From an uncultured Chroococcidiopsis sp. (GTDB taxonomy: Bacteria; Cyanobacteriota; Cyanobacteriia; Cyanobacteriales; Chroococcidiopsidaceae), in assembly GCA_964248365.1 (NCBI GenBank), contig CAXTYC010000008.1:1-64000 (forward strand): a stretch of DNA of 64,000 bases. The letters are read 5' to 3'. The position numbers were made by a program, and so were the translations under genes. Of this stretch, positions 1-9,169 are shown one piece after another. Position 1 is the first letter of the stretch; every line of letters begins with the position of its first letter. The notes below the pieces were generated by a model. It worked only from the letters and a program-made list of their open reading frames with translations. It was not told where the DNA came from and searched no databases.

Positions 1-116
1 AACTTTTGCTAACTTACTATCTCTACTACTTATTATAGTCAAGCACCAGATCTAAAACACTACCCGCCAGGAAGCCAGGGTTAGGAGGTTTTACCTCCAA
101 AAACATAAAGCAACAG

Positions 117-890
117 CTAAAACTTGTAACTCAAAACTTCAATCACTGACCCATTTGATGGCAAATCACTTGCCCTAATAGTAACCGTATCGCTATTACT
201 ACGACGCACCTGCATTCCTTCCATTAACTTGAGGAATTCATCAACTGCAACTATATCACAGCTACCAGCATCGGCTGCTTGAGTGCGGTAATGGGTGGGA
301 ATTATTAACTTAGGATTGAGAGCCTTAACTGCTGTTTGTGCTTCTTGGGGTGTATAGGCTTTAGCACCGCCTCCCACTGGAACAAACAGTACATCAGGTC
401 GCCCCATGAGGATTTTTTGTTCAACGGTAATAGGTGCTGCTGCTCCCCCCATATGTAAAATATTAATTCCCCCTTGTGTCCACTTCCAAGCCACATTTCT
501 ACCAAACCGCTTTCCACCTAAGCGATCGTGATCGGTAGCTATCCCTTGGATCTGCATTCCTTTAAACTGATAGACACCAGGTTCGTAAATTAACCGAGGA
601 TTACCAGGTAATTCATCTACTACTCCTTCATCGAGCAACTGGCTACTAATCAGCACCAAATCTGTCGCCACACTTGGCGTTCTGTATCCTGCTGTGCAGC
701 CAAGCGTCCGAAAGGGATTTACTAGAATTTTTGTACCACCACTGCTAAATTGAAAGCAAGTATGACCCAACCATTGGACTGATAATCCACTGTCTTTTGC
801 CGCCGTAGCCTTATATTCTGAAGTCAAGGTAGCCCATAGGGTAGTTAGCATCCCTGCTCCAACGTAGCCAATCAACTGTCGCCGTTTCAT
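117..890 (-). CDS. MBL-fold metallo-hydrolase with Tat-like signal peptide
   Basis: MKRRQLI N-terminus; WLGHTCF, HMGG, IIPTHY beta-lactamase-fold motifs. Confidence 0.85.
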   Translation of the reverse strand: MKRRQLIGYVGAGMLTTLWATLTSEYKATAAKDSGLSVQWLGHTCFQFSSGGTKILVNPFRTLGCTAGYRTPSVATDLVLISSQLLDEGVVDELPGNPRLIYEPGVYQFKGMQIQGIATDHDRLGGKRFGRNVAWKWTQGGINILHMGGAAAPITVEQKILMGRPDVLFVPVGGGAKAYTPQEAQTAVKALNPKLIIPTHYRTQAADAGSCDIVAVDEFLKLMEGMQVRRSNSDTVTIRASDLPSNGSVIEVLSYKF

Positions 891-901
891 TCACTTCTCC
901 A

Positions 902-1504
902 TCACACCACTGACGAAGGCAGTTGTTTCAGGAAATTTCGCAGTATTTGCTTTCCTGAAGTCGTCAGGACACTCTCTGGGTGAAACTGGACACCCTCTAT
1001 GTGAGGGTATTGCCGATGTCGCACTCCCATGATTGTCCCATCCTCAACCCAGGCTGTGATTTCCAACACGTCTGGGCAAGTCTGCCGTTCAATCACCAAA
1101 CTATGATACCGAGTTGCGGTCAGCGGATTTTCTAAACCTTCAAAAACGCCCACACCAGTATGAGACACCAAAGAAGTTTTGCCATGCATTAACTGGGGAG
1201 CAGAAACTATTTGACCGCCGAAGGTTTGCCCAATGCCTTGATGCCCTAAGCACACACCTAGAATAGGTACACTCTCGCCTAAATGTTGAATTACATCTAG
1301 GGAGATTCCCGCATCCTCTGGGCGACCTGGACCTGGTGAAATTACCACGCAGGCTGGCTTAAGATGGCGAATTTGCTCTAAGGATATTTGGTCATTGCGG
1401 TAAACTTGAATTTCAGATGCTACTGGGAATTCTGCTGCCAATTCGCCCAAATACTGCACCAAGTTGTAGGTAAAGCTGTCGTAATTATCGATAACTATAA
1501 TCAA
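902..1504 (-). CDS. trpG: Anthranilate/aminodeoxychorismate synthase component II (glutamine amidotransferase)
   Basis: IDNYDSFT, SPGPG, GVCLGHQ, QFHPES motifs. Confidence 0.93.
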   Translation of the reverse strand: MIIVIDNYDSFTYNLVQYLGELAAEFPVASEIQVYRNDQISLEQIRHLKPACVVISPGPGRPEDAGISLDVIQHLGESVPILGVCLGHQGIGQTFGGQIVSAPQLMHGKTSLVSHTGVGVFEGLENPLTATRYHSLVIERQTCPDVLEITAWVEDGTIMGVRHRQYPHIEGVQFHPESVLTTSGKQILRNFLKQLPSSVV

Positions 1505-1633
1505 AGCTTATACTCCTTTTTTGACATGGATTGGTAATGGGTAGTTGGTAGTTGGTAGTTGGTGAAAGGGTAAAGGGTAATTTCCCCTGAATGCCCCCAA
1601 AAGCCCCTGAATGCCCCCAAAAGCTATAGACTT

Positions 1634-2143
1634 TCAGCTAAGAGCTGATTTGAGCGCCACGATTAAGGGAGGAAGCAAGAGTACCCCTGCGACCACAACT
1701 GCTGTCAGCGCAGATACAAGGACTGCTCCTGCGGCACAGTCCTTGGCAATTTTAGCTAATTCGTGGTAAGCCTGCTTGACTGTTAGATCAACAACTGATT
1801 CGATCGCAGTATTAAGTAGTTCCATTACCAGCACTAATCCACTGGTAAGACTAATTACAGCGATTTCGACCGAACGTAGATGTAAAAAAATGCCCAAGCA
1901 GATTGCTAGGGTTCCTATACTTACGTGAATGCGAAAGTTACGTTGAGTTTTAAGAGCGTAGACTATGCCACTCCAAGCATATTTGAAACTAACAAATAAA
2001 TTTGCGGCTACCTGCCAGGACTCTCGCTTTATCTGTATCACCTTTTCCGTACTGCTTGGCGTTGAAGTCGTCACTTTTTTGGACATAGACAGGAAACTAT
2101 AAAAAGGATTTGGATGAGTCCTATAACGATCGCAGTTTAACAA
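1634..2143 (-). CDS. dgkA: Diacylglycerol/undecaprenol kinase family (true start may be ~2086)
   Basis: SFKYAWSG, ELLNTAIESVVD, AKIAKDCAAGAV; follows ybeY as usual. Confidence 0.88.
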   Translation of the reverse strand: MLNCDRYRTHPNPFYSFLSMSKKVTTSTPSSTEKVIQIKRESWQVAANLFVSFKYAWSGIVYALKTQRNFRIHVSIGTLAICLGIFLHLRSVEIAVISLTSGLVLVMELLNTAIESVVDLTVKQAYHELAKIAKDCAAGAVLVSALTAVVVAGVLLLPPLIVALKSALS

Positions 2144-2259
2144 CCTTTAATTAAAAAGTTTTAATTGTGATTTTATCTCCACAAAAAGTTTAATTTAGCT
2201 AAATCAATATTTAATAATGAGAGCGAAGGATTTTCTCAAATGACCTTTTGAGTTTATGC

Positions 2260-2826
2260 CTAAACTATGTTGCTCGCAATACCAACTGTCTGTAGCATGA
2301 TAGTTTGTTGAGCCAACATCTCTTGCAAACTGTCTTCATCTGGGTGATCCCAGCCTAAAAGATGTAATAAACCATGAGCAGCTAACGTAGCTAACTCGGT
2401 TGTCAGAGTATGTCCTTGCTGTTGGGCTTGCACTCTTGCTGTATCAACAGAAATTACAATATCACCAAGATATAGGGGTAATTGCGATCGCATCTCCAGG
2501 GGCTGGGGAAAATCTACCTCCAACGCAGCGAAGGCTAAAACATCCGTAGGTTTATCCTGGTGACGGTACTGAGCATTGAGCGCTTGAATTTCGGCATCGT
2601 CTGTCAAGCGCAAACTCAGTTCATATTTTGGTGCAGGTGGTAGATCTTTATGTAAAATTGCCAACCATCGCTCAAAAAGACTTTGCCAAGTTGAGGCAGA
2701 AATTGGGCTATTATCGCTGCTGCTTCTTGCTAAATTTGATGCTGCTAAGTCGGAATCGTCCCAACAATCTTGTACACTAACTTCGACTTGCACATCCGAA
2801 TTTTCTATGCTAATGTTTGCTGTCAT
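2260..2826 (-). CDS. ybeY: rRNA maturation RNase YbeY
   Basis: [33 protein letters not shown]. Confidence 0.95.
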   Translation of the reverse strand: MTANISIENSDVQVEVSVQDCWDDSDLAASNLARSSSDNSPISASTWQSLFERWLAILHKDLPPAPKYELSLRLTDDAEIQALNAQYRHQDKPTDVLAFAALEVDFPQPLEMRSQLPLYLGDIVISVDTARVQAQQQGHTLTTELATLAAHGLLHLLGWDHPDEDSLQEMLAQQTIMLQTVGIASNIV

Positions 2827-3035
2827 TAGCGAGTTAAGTAGGCAAGACCTACAAGTACAGCCAACAGTCCGATGGTTGTCAGTGCAAAGTGTCTCAGAGA
2901 TGTACCTCCCTTACGCACCATATTTCGCATAGCAAGCTTAATATAACTAGGCTTTGGTTCTGTTACAGTTGATGTCGAATTATTGACATCAGAATCCGAA
3001 TGTGTTAGGGGAGCAGATGAAGATGAATTGGGCAT
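2826..3035 (-). CDS. DUF3285-like small membrane protein
   Basis: [22 protein letters not shown] plus C-terminal TM; conserved cyanobacterial prfB-ybeY context. Confidence 0.75.
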   Translation of the reverse strand: MPNSSSSAPLTHSDSDVNNSTSTVTEPKPSYIKLAMRNMVRKGGTSLRHFALTTIGLLAVLVGLAYLTR

Positions 3036-3227
3036 GGCATTTAGCTTGAAAGTTAGGCTGATTATTTTCTCAATGTAACAGTTTTGGGTGAGGGGCTAGA
3101 AGAGGGCAGGGGGGCAGAGGGGCAGGGGGGACAAGGGGAGAAAACAACCTCTAGCTATAGCGCTATAGCGCCTCTCGCCTCTCGCCTCTCGCCTCTCGCC
3201 CCTCTAAGCTTGCCCCTCGCCCCTCAT

Positions 3228-4344
3228 TCATTCACTCGCAACTAATTGATTTTCCTGGCGCAGGAGGGCTTGGATAAATAAGTCAATTTCACCGTTCATC
3301 ACATCTATAATTGCAGTTGTTTCCACATTGGTACGCAGATCCTTTACCATTTGGTAAGGATGAAATACATAGTTACGAATCTGATTACCCCAAGCCGCCT
3401 CTACCATATCTCCTCGAATCTGAGCAATTTCTTGAGCGCGTTGCTCTTGAGCGACAATCAGTAGCTTAGCTTTTAGAATAGCGAGAGCTTTTTCTTTGTT
3501 TTGCAGTTGAGAGCGTTCTTGAGTACAGCGTACTGCAAGCCCAGTCGGAATGTGTACTATCCGTACTGCTGTTTCTACTTTGTTAACGTTCTGTCCACCC
3601 TTACCACCAGCACGGGAGGTAGTAATTTCCAGATCCTTCTCTGGAATTTCCAGCTGCACCGAGGTATCTATTTGTGGCATTACTTCCACGCCAGCAAAAC
3701 TCGTTTGCCGTTTACCATTAGCATTAAAGGGCGAAATCCTCACTAAACGATGAGTTCCTTTTTCGCCATGCAGATAGCCATAGGCGTAGCGTCCTGAAAT
3801 TTCTAGAGTGGCAGATTTTACCCCAGCTTCATCTCCTTCTGAGATTTCCGCTAGATTTACCTTATAACCGTGATTTTCGCCCCATCGGGTGTACATTCGC
3901 AGTAACATTTCTGCCCAGTCCTGAGCATCAGTACCACCAGCACCAGCATTAATCGTAAGAATTGCTCCCTTGTCGTCGTAAAGACCAGACAATAGCTGTT
4001 GTAGCTCCCACTGATCAAGTTCCCGACTTAGGTTGTCGAGCGTTGTTTCGGCTTCTTGTAGTAGTGACTCGTCAGTTTCTAACTCTAGTAGCTCGACCAC
4101 TGCCTTAGTATCTTCCAGATTAGCTTGCCACTGGTCATATTGCTGAAGGTGAGCTTTGAGATCGTTAAGTTCTTGTAAAGTTTGCTGGGCTTTTGTTTGG
4201 TCGTTCCAAAATTCTGGCTGTGCGGCTATTTGTTCCAAGTCTTGAATTTTGGCATTGAGTGCAGGTACGTCAAAGATAGTCCTGGGTTTTACCCAGGCGC
4301 TGAGATAACTTTTCGACTTCGCGTTTAATTTCTAAAACTTCCAT
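3228..4344 (-). CDS. prfB: Peptide chain release factor 2, +1 programmed frameshift at CTT TGA C (4275-4269)
   Basis: ATG at 4344 reads [24 protein letters not shown] then CTT-TGA-C; downstream frame has SPF and GGQ motifs. Confidence 0.97.
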
Positions 4345-4488
4345 ATTGGTCATGTAGGCGATCGCGCTAGACTTAGGGCATCATGCAATGAATTACTTAT
4401 ATACTCGATCTTAACTTTGAATTTAAAGCTATTGGGACAATAGCCATAAAAAATCGTGGTTTATTGCACTCAAACCACGAAATATTAA

Positions 4489-4543
4489 GTAGGGTGGGCA
4501 ATGCCCACCGTTCTATATGGTTGGTGGGCAATGCCCACCCTAC
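4489..4543. repeat. GTAG-type REP doublet (gtagggtgggcaatgcccacc ... ggtgggcaatgcccaccctac)
   Basis: Two inverted palindromic units; related units at ~9121-9152, 39458-39490, 47488-47551, 52526-52557, 55560-55625. Confidence 0.75.
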
Positions 4544-4548
4544 TTGAT

Positions 4549-5277
4549 TTAATCACGACTATTGAGGGCAATCAGCAACCGCAAGATGAAGACAAACAAG
4601 TTGATGTAAGTCAGATACATCGACAAAGCAGCTGGTAGATACTCGTCATTGCGGTAGGTACGGGGCAAAATGTAAAAATCTACCACCGCCGCACCGACAA
4701 ATAGAAATACCCCTAGCCCTGAAATGGCGATTTCCAACCATGTTGGCGTATAAACACCAAACATGGCAAATAGGAATTGAGCCAAGCAGACAACGATTAG
4801 GGCAATAACGCCTAAGCTAATCGTTTTTGATAAAGCCATACCGTCTTTTTCGGACAGATTAGAGCCGATTTGACGGGCAGCAATAAAGGTAATGCCACAG
4901 CCAAGAGCAGCAAAACCAATGCCAGGGATGCCAACACCTTGGGTTCTCAGCGCTACAAACACTAAACCGCTAAGTGTGTATCCCGACAGCAAACTGTAAG
5001 CTGCCAAAAGAGGCAACGCAACGCTGTTATTACCTTTCTGGGCGACATTACTAGCGACAAAGAACAAAATCAACTCAACGATAACCGCACCGATAAAGGT
5101 GGGGAAGAACAATCCAGGGTTGGTACGGATAACTCCCAAACCGCCGTAAGTTCCTAGTGCTGTCAATACCAGCCCACCACCTACATAGGGTAAGGCGTTA
5201 GCAATGACATTTGGACCTACAAGAGCTTGGGACTTTGCTTGACGAAATGCGTCACGGAAGTTGCTGGTGTTACTCAT
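4549..5277 (-). CDS. Bax inhibitor-1/YccA family membrane protein
   Basis: About 7 TM segments, C-terminal AALSMYLTYINLFVFILRL; likely start MSNTSNF at 5277. Confidence 0.85.
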   Translation of the reverse strand: MSNTSNFRDAFRQAKSQALVGPNVIANALPYVGGGLVLTALGTYGGLGVIRTNPGLFFPTFIGAVIVELILFFVASNVAQKGNNSVALPLLAAYSLLSGYTLSGLVFVALRTQGVGIPGIGFAALGCGITFIAARQIGSNLSEKDGMALSKTISLGVIALIVVCLAQFLFAMFGVYTPTWLEIAISGLGVFLFVGAAVVDFYILPRTYRNDEYLPAALSMYLTYINLFVFILRLLIALNSRD

Positions 5278-5605
5278 GGGAGCAGCTTTTAATTTAAGAG
5301 TTGAGCAGAAGTAACAATGTTGTGATATACGCCTATTGTTACCCAGATTTTCCTGTATTAGCCAGGGTGTAGATAGGAGGATGGGTCGTTTATCCACCTT
5401 AAGAAATCTAAACAAACGATTCATAACTCAGTAATTTCACCGAGAAATCTTAAAATTGCCCAAATGAGCCTTCACAAGTTCAGTGAAACGACGATGGTTT
5501 GAAAAGCTTTCTCCACCGACAATAATTTTCAGCTTTGATGACAAATTTATGTAACTCCTATCAGTTCCCTTTCAAAGGAAGCTGTTATCACTGTTGAGGA
5601 TTTTT

Positions 5606-6391
5606 ATGACGGGTACTCACTCCTACGGCTGCTCTGAAGGCTTGGAGCTTTTAATTTCCTATTATCACAATCCTTCTATTCAATTACGCAATAAACTCGT
5701 AAAGTTACATACTGGTTTAGTGCGGAAGATGGCGCATCAATTTAGCCGTCAATGTACTGAACCTTATGAAGATCTAGAACAAATCGGTTATTTTGGTTTA
5801 ATTCGTGCTATAGAAAGATTTAATCCCAGTCAAGGATATGCTTTTAGTTCCTTTGCTATTCCTTATATTCGGGGAGAAATCTTACACTTTTTGCGCGATC
5901 GCACTGGAGTCGTAAAAATTCCCCGTCGCTGGCAAGAACTCCACAACCAAGGGCAAAGAGTACGCAAAGAATTGGCTTTATCTCTCGGTCGTTGTCCTAC
6001 AGATAACGAAATTGCTCAACAACTGAATGTATCACTCCAAGAATGGCTAGATAGCAAATTAGCCTTTCAAAATCGCATGGTTTTAAGTTTAGATAGCACT
6101 GTTATTCAGCATCATGATTGCCAAATTAAACTAGCTGATGCACTACCAGATCAGCGCTCAACTTCCCTCCAACAACAAGAAGAAGAAAGACAACAACTGC
6201 AAGGCGCAATGAATCAATTGGAGGAAAAAACTAGAAAAGCAGTCGAGTTTGTGTTTTTAAAAGAATTTTCGCGCAAAGAAGCAGCTAAGCGAATTGGTAT
6301 TAGCCCCATGACAGTAACCAGATATCTACAAAAGGGCAAGGAACAGTTGTTCTCTCTACTGGAAACACAGGTTCTGCAAACAGGAGCTTGA
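5606..6391 (+). CDS. Group 3 RNA polymerase sigma factor, SigF/SigJ type
   Basis: YEDLEQIGYFGLIRAIERF, FSSFAIPYIRGEILH, region-4 HTH ISPMTVTR. Confidence 0.88.
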   Translation: MTGTHSYGCSEGLELLISYYHNPSIQLRNKLVKLHTGLVRKMAHQFSRQCTEPYEDLEQIGYFGLIRAIERFNPSQGYAFSSFAIPYIRGEILHFLRDRTGVVKIPRRWQELHNQGQRVRKELALSLGRCPTDNEIAQQLNVSLQEWLDSKLAFQNRMVLSLDSTVIQHHDCQIKLADALPDQRSTSLQQQEEERQQLQGAMNQLEEKTRKAVEFVFLKEFSRKEAAKRIGISPMTVTRYLQKGKEQLFSLLETQVLQTGA

Positions 6392-6406
6392 TATTATTGG
6401 GTAACT

Positions 6407-7633
6407 TTGTGCTTTGATACAATTCCCCAGCGCAAACACTCAGTTACTGACAACTTGTGCAACCGCTCAAACAATACAACCCAAAAACTTATGAAAAACA
6501 TCAATTCAGTACTCACCTCTAATTCCTCAAGCCTGAGAAATACTGAAGGTGTAAAGTTTGATTACCAGCAAGTTGTAAAATTTAATCATAAGTGGTTGCA
6601 GATCTTAGAGCCGACAGATATGGATAGCTCTGAAATTAAAGCTTTGGAAATAGATGCTCAAATTGACAGCGATCCACTGTTAAAATTGCTATGCTTGTTA
6701 TTTGAAGAAAATTCTGAAATTCCCTCAGATACTTGCCAGCTATATAAAGAAGGTTTGGCAATCTTATTAAGAAAATGGGATGACACACGCTGGGTAAACG
6801 GAGAACAGTTTTACAAAAAGCTATCTTTACAGCGCAAGCAAGATTTATTAAGTAAAATTGCTCAGGTAACTTTTGAAGAAGGAGAATTTTTTTTTAAGCG
6901 GGATATAGAGCAATATATCATTGATTACTTCTTCAATTTGCCTAATGTTCCTACCAATCCAGAAGTATTGAAATTGGCAAGTGAAGCGACTCTGAAATCT
7001 ATTGAGAGCCAACACACGTTATTGGTAGAAAAGGCAAAAGGAATTTACTCTTTCTCTGATGTCAAATTTCATCAGTATTTTGTAGCCAGAGCGATCGCCC
7101 AAGGATCTAATCCACAGGAATCAGATCAAAGTTTAAAAAAATTAATCAGCCACCTGAGCGAAACTCGTTGGCGTGAAGTATTTGTGCTAGTAGTTGGAAT
7201 GTTGCAAAACTCTGATTACTTGCTGAAATTAATGAGGCAAAAAACTGATACAATATTAGCAGGGAATGAAGAGTTACAGCAGTTCCTGATCTGGCTTAAT
7301 CAAAAGTCAAATTCAGGCGAGAGTATTTATAAACCATCAACTTTTCGGGCTTTTTACCTAGAATTTATCCTTGATATAGACTCAGAAGATGGTTTTGAGG
7401 ATGAAGGTATCGATTTCGATCGCATTAATGCTATCGATATCAATACTATGAGTGAATTGCTATTTCCGTTCACAAAGCAACAAAAGGCTATATTAAAGCA
7501 GTATTATGATGCAAATAAGTTGCTAATAGATTGCCTCCAGCAAGCTCGTTACGTCAGTCGCTCTCTGCGAGAGGAAATTGAGAAGACATTGTTAGTACCA
7601 TCAAACTTTAGCAAAAAAAGTGCGATCGCTTAG
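6407..7633 (+). CDS. NACHT-protein C-terminal half (helical/winged-helix + C-terminal domain), no P-loop
   Basis: DPLLKLLC, YSFSDVKFHQYF, QYYDANKLLIDCL resemble cyanobacterial NACHT proteins; no Walker A visible. Confidence 0.65.
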   Translation: MCFDTIPQRKHSVTDNLCNRSNNTTQKLMKNINSVLTSNSSSLRNTEGVKFDYQQVVKFNHKWLQILEPTDMDSSEIKALEIDAQIDSDPLLKLLCLLFEENSEIPSDTCQLYKEGLAILLRKWDDTRWVNGEQFYKKLSLQRKQDLLSKIAQVTFEEGEFFFKRDIEQYIIDYFFNLPNVPTNPEVLKLASEATLKSIESQHTLLVEKAKGIYSFSDVKFHQYFVARAIAQGSNPQESDQSLKKLISHLSETRWREVFVLVVGMLQNSDYLLKLMRQKTDTILAGNEELQQFLIWLNQKSNSGESIYKPSTFRAFYLEFILDIDSEDGFEDEGIDFDRINAIDINTMSELLFPFTKQQKAILKQYYDANKLLIDCLQQARYVSRSLREEIEKTLLVPSNFSKKSAIA

Positions 7634-8042
7634 TTTATCCGAAATAGCGCTTTCTACCCTCAGAAGCACAAGTAGGTATGCAATCACACGTTTGCAATGT
7701 AAGACAGATTTTGGCGATTTTTGGCGGAAAACTTCTTTAATGTCGTAAGCCCTGCAACAAAGAAATTTTCCCTAATCTGTTTGAAAAAAACTGAAGGCAG
7801 GTAGAAGCATCCGACTTTTACAAAGACGTTAAACAGCCAAATAAATCATCTTCTATCCGAATATGGATGGACACATTAGGTGAGGCATTCCTAATTCACC
7901 TAGTTAAATGGTCGCTCTTGTTGTCAGATTAAGCTAGCAACTACTTTGGTTAGCAACAAAAAAAAGTACCAGTATATACAGATATTATGTGGCAGTACTA
8001 TGGTAGCTTAATAAGTAAACTCCATATAAACACAATTGCCGG

Positions 8043-9089
8043 ATGACAAATGAAGCAGATTTGCTGCTCAAACAAGGAATTTCCCAATATCAATCAAGTG
8101 ATTTTGAGGCTGCGTTGCACTCTTGGCAACAAGCATTAAGTCTCTATCAAGCAAGCCAAAACTTGCGGCGAGAGGGTGCAGCTTTAGGAAATATGGGTGC
8201 AGCTTATCAGGCGTTGGGAGATTTACCACAAGCGATCGCCTGCTTTGAAAAGCATAGGGTGATCGCACACCAAATTCAAGATCTCCAAGGCGTGGTTAAT
8301 GCACTAACCAACTTGGGATCGGCTTACCTGGCATTAGAAGAGTATACAAAAGCGATCGCATACCTTCAACAGCGTTTGGATATTGTTCAAAGCCTAGCAG
8401 ATCGTCAAAGCGAAGGGCAAGTTTTGAGCAGTTTACGACTAGCTTATACTGCGCTGGGAGACTTTATACACGCAAGTGAGTGTCAGCAGCAACAGTTAGT
8501 AATAGCACGAGAATTGTTGCAAACGGCTAAAGTAGATGATTTTATTAGCAGCTTGAAAATCGTAGGTTTAAATTCATCTGAGGATTTGGCGGGTGCCGAT
8601 CTAAGTGGGCTGAATCTCAGTCATGCTAACTTGATTGGTGCAAACTTGAATCATGCCATCCTCACAGAGGCAGATTTAACTTTTGCTAATTTGAGCCGTG
8701 CTAAGCTAAGCGGTGCTTGTTTAACTCATGCTCGTCTAAGTAATGCTAATCTGCGTGATGCCGATCTAAGTAGTGCTGATCTTAGTCATACAGATCTGCG
8801 TACCATGTTCCCTCGTGCTAATTTGAGTGATGCTAATTTGAGCAGTGCAAATTTATGTGGTGCTTATCTGGTGAGTGCTAACTTGAACGGTGCAAATCTA
8901 AGTAATGCTATTTTGCGCGATGCTGATTTGAGTAAGGTAAATCTCAGAAGTGCCAATTTGCAAGCAGCCGATCTGTGTCGGGCTGAATTGGATCAGACCT
9001 TGGTAGAGAATGCTAGATTTAGCCATACTTTGGGGTTGTCTGAACAAACCAAGCTTGACTTGCAACAGCGTGGGGCGATTGTTGAGTAA
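8043..9089 (+). CDS. TPR + pentapeptide repeat protein
   Basis: ALGNMGAAY/ALTNLGSAY TPRs followed by A(D/N)LxX pentapeptides. Confidence 0.9.
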   Translation: MTNEADLLLKQGISQYQSSDFEAALHSWQQALSLYQASQNLRREGAALGNMGAAYQALGDLPQAIACFEKHRVIAHQIQDLQGVVNALTNLGSAYLALEEYTKAIAYLQQRLDIVQSLADRQSEGQVLSSLRLAYTALGDFIHASECQQQQLVIARELLQTAKVDDFISSLKIVGLNSSEDLAGADLSGLNLSHANLIGANLNHAILTEADLTFANLSRAKLSGACLTHARLSNANLRDADLSSADLSHTDLRTMFPRANLSDANLSSANLCGAYLVSANLNGANLSNAILRDADLSKVNLRSANLQAADLCRAELDQTLVENARFSHTLGLSEQTKLDLQQRGAIVE

Positions 9090-9169
9090 GATGTGGGCAA
9101 GTTACAGCGAGGACTTAGATGGTGCGTTAGGGCGAAGCCTAACGCACCCTACATATCTGCTACCATCTG

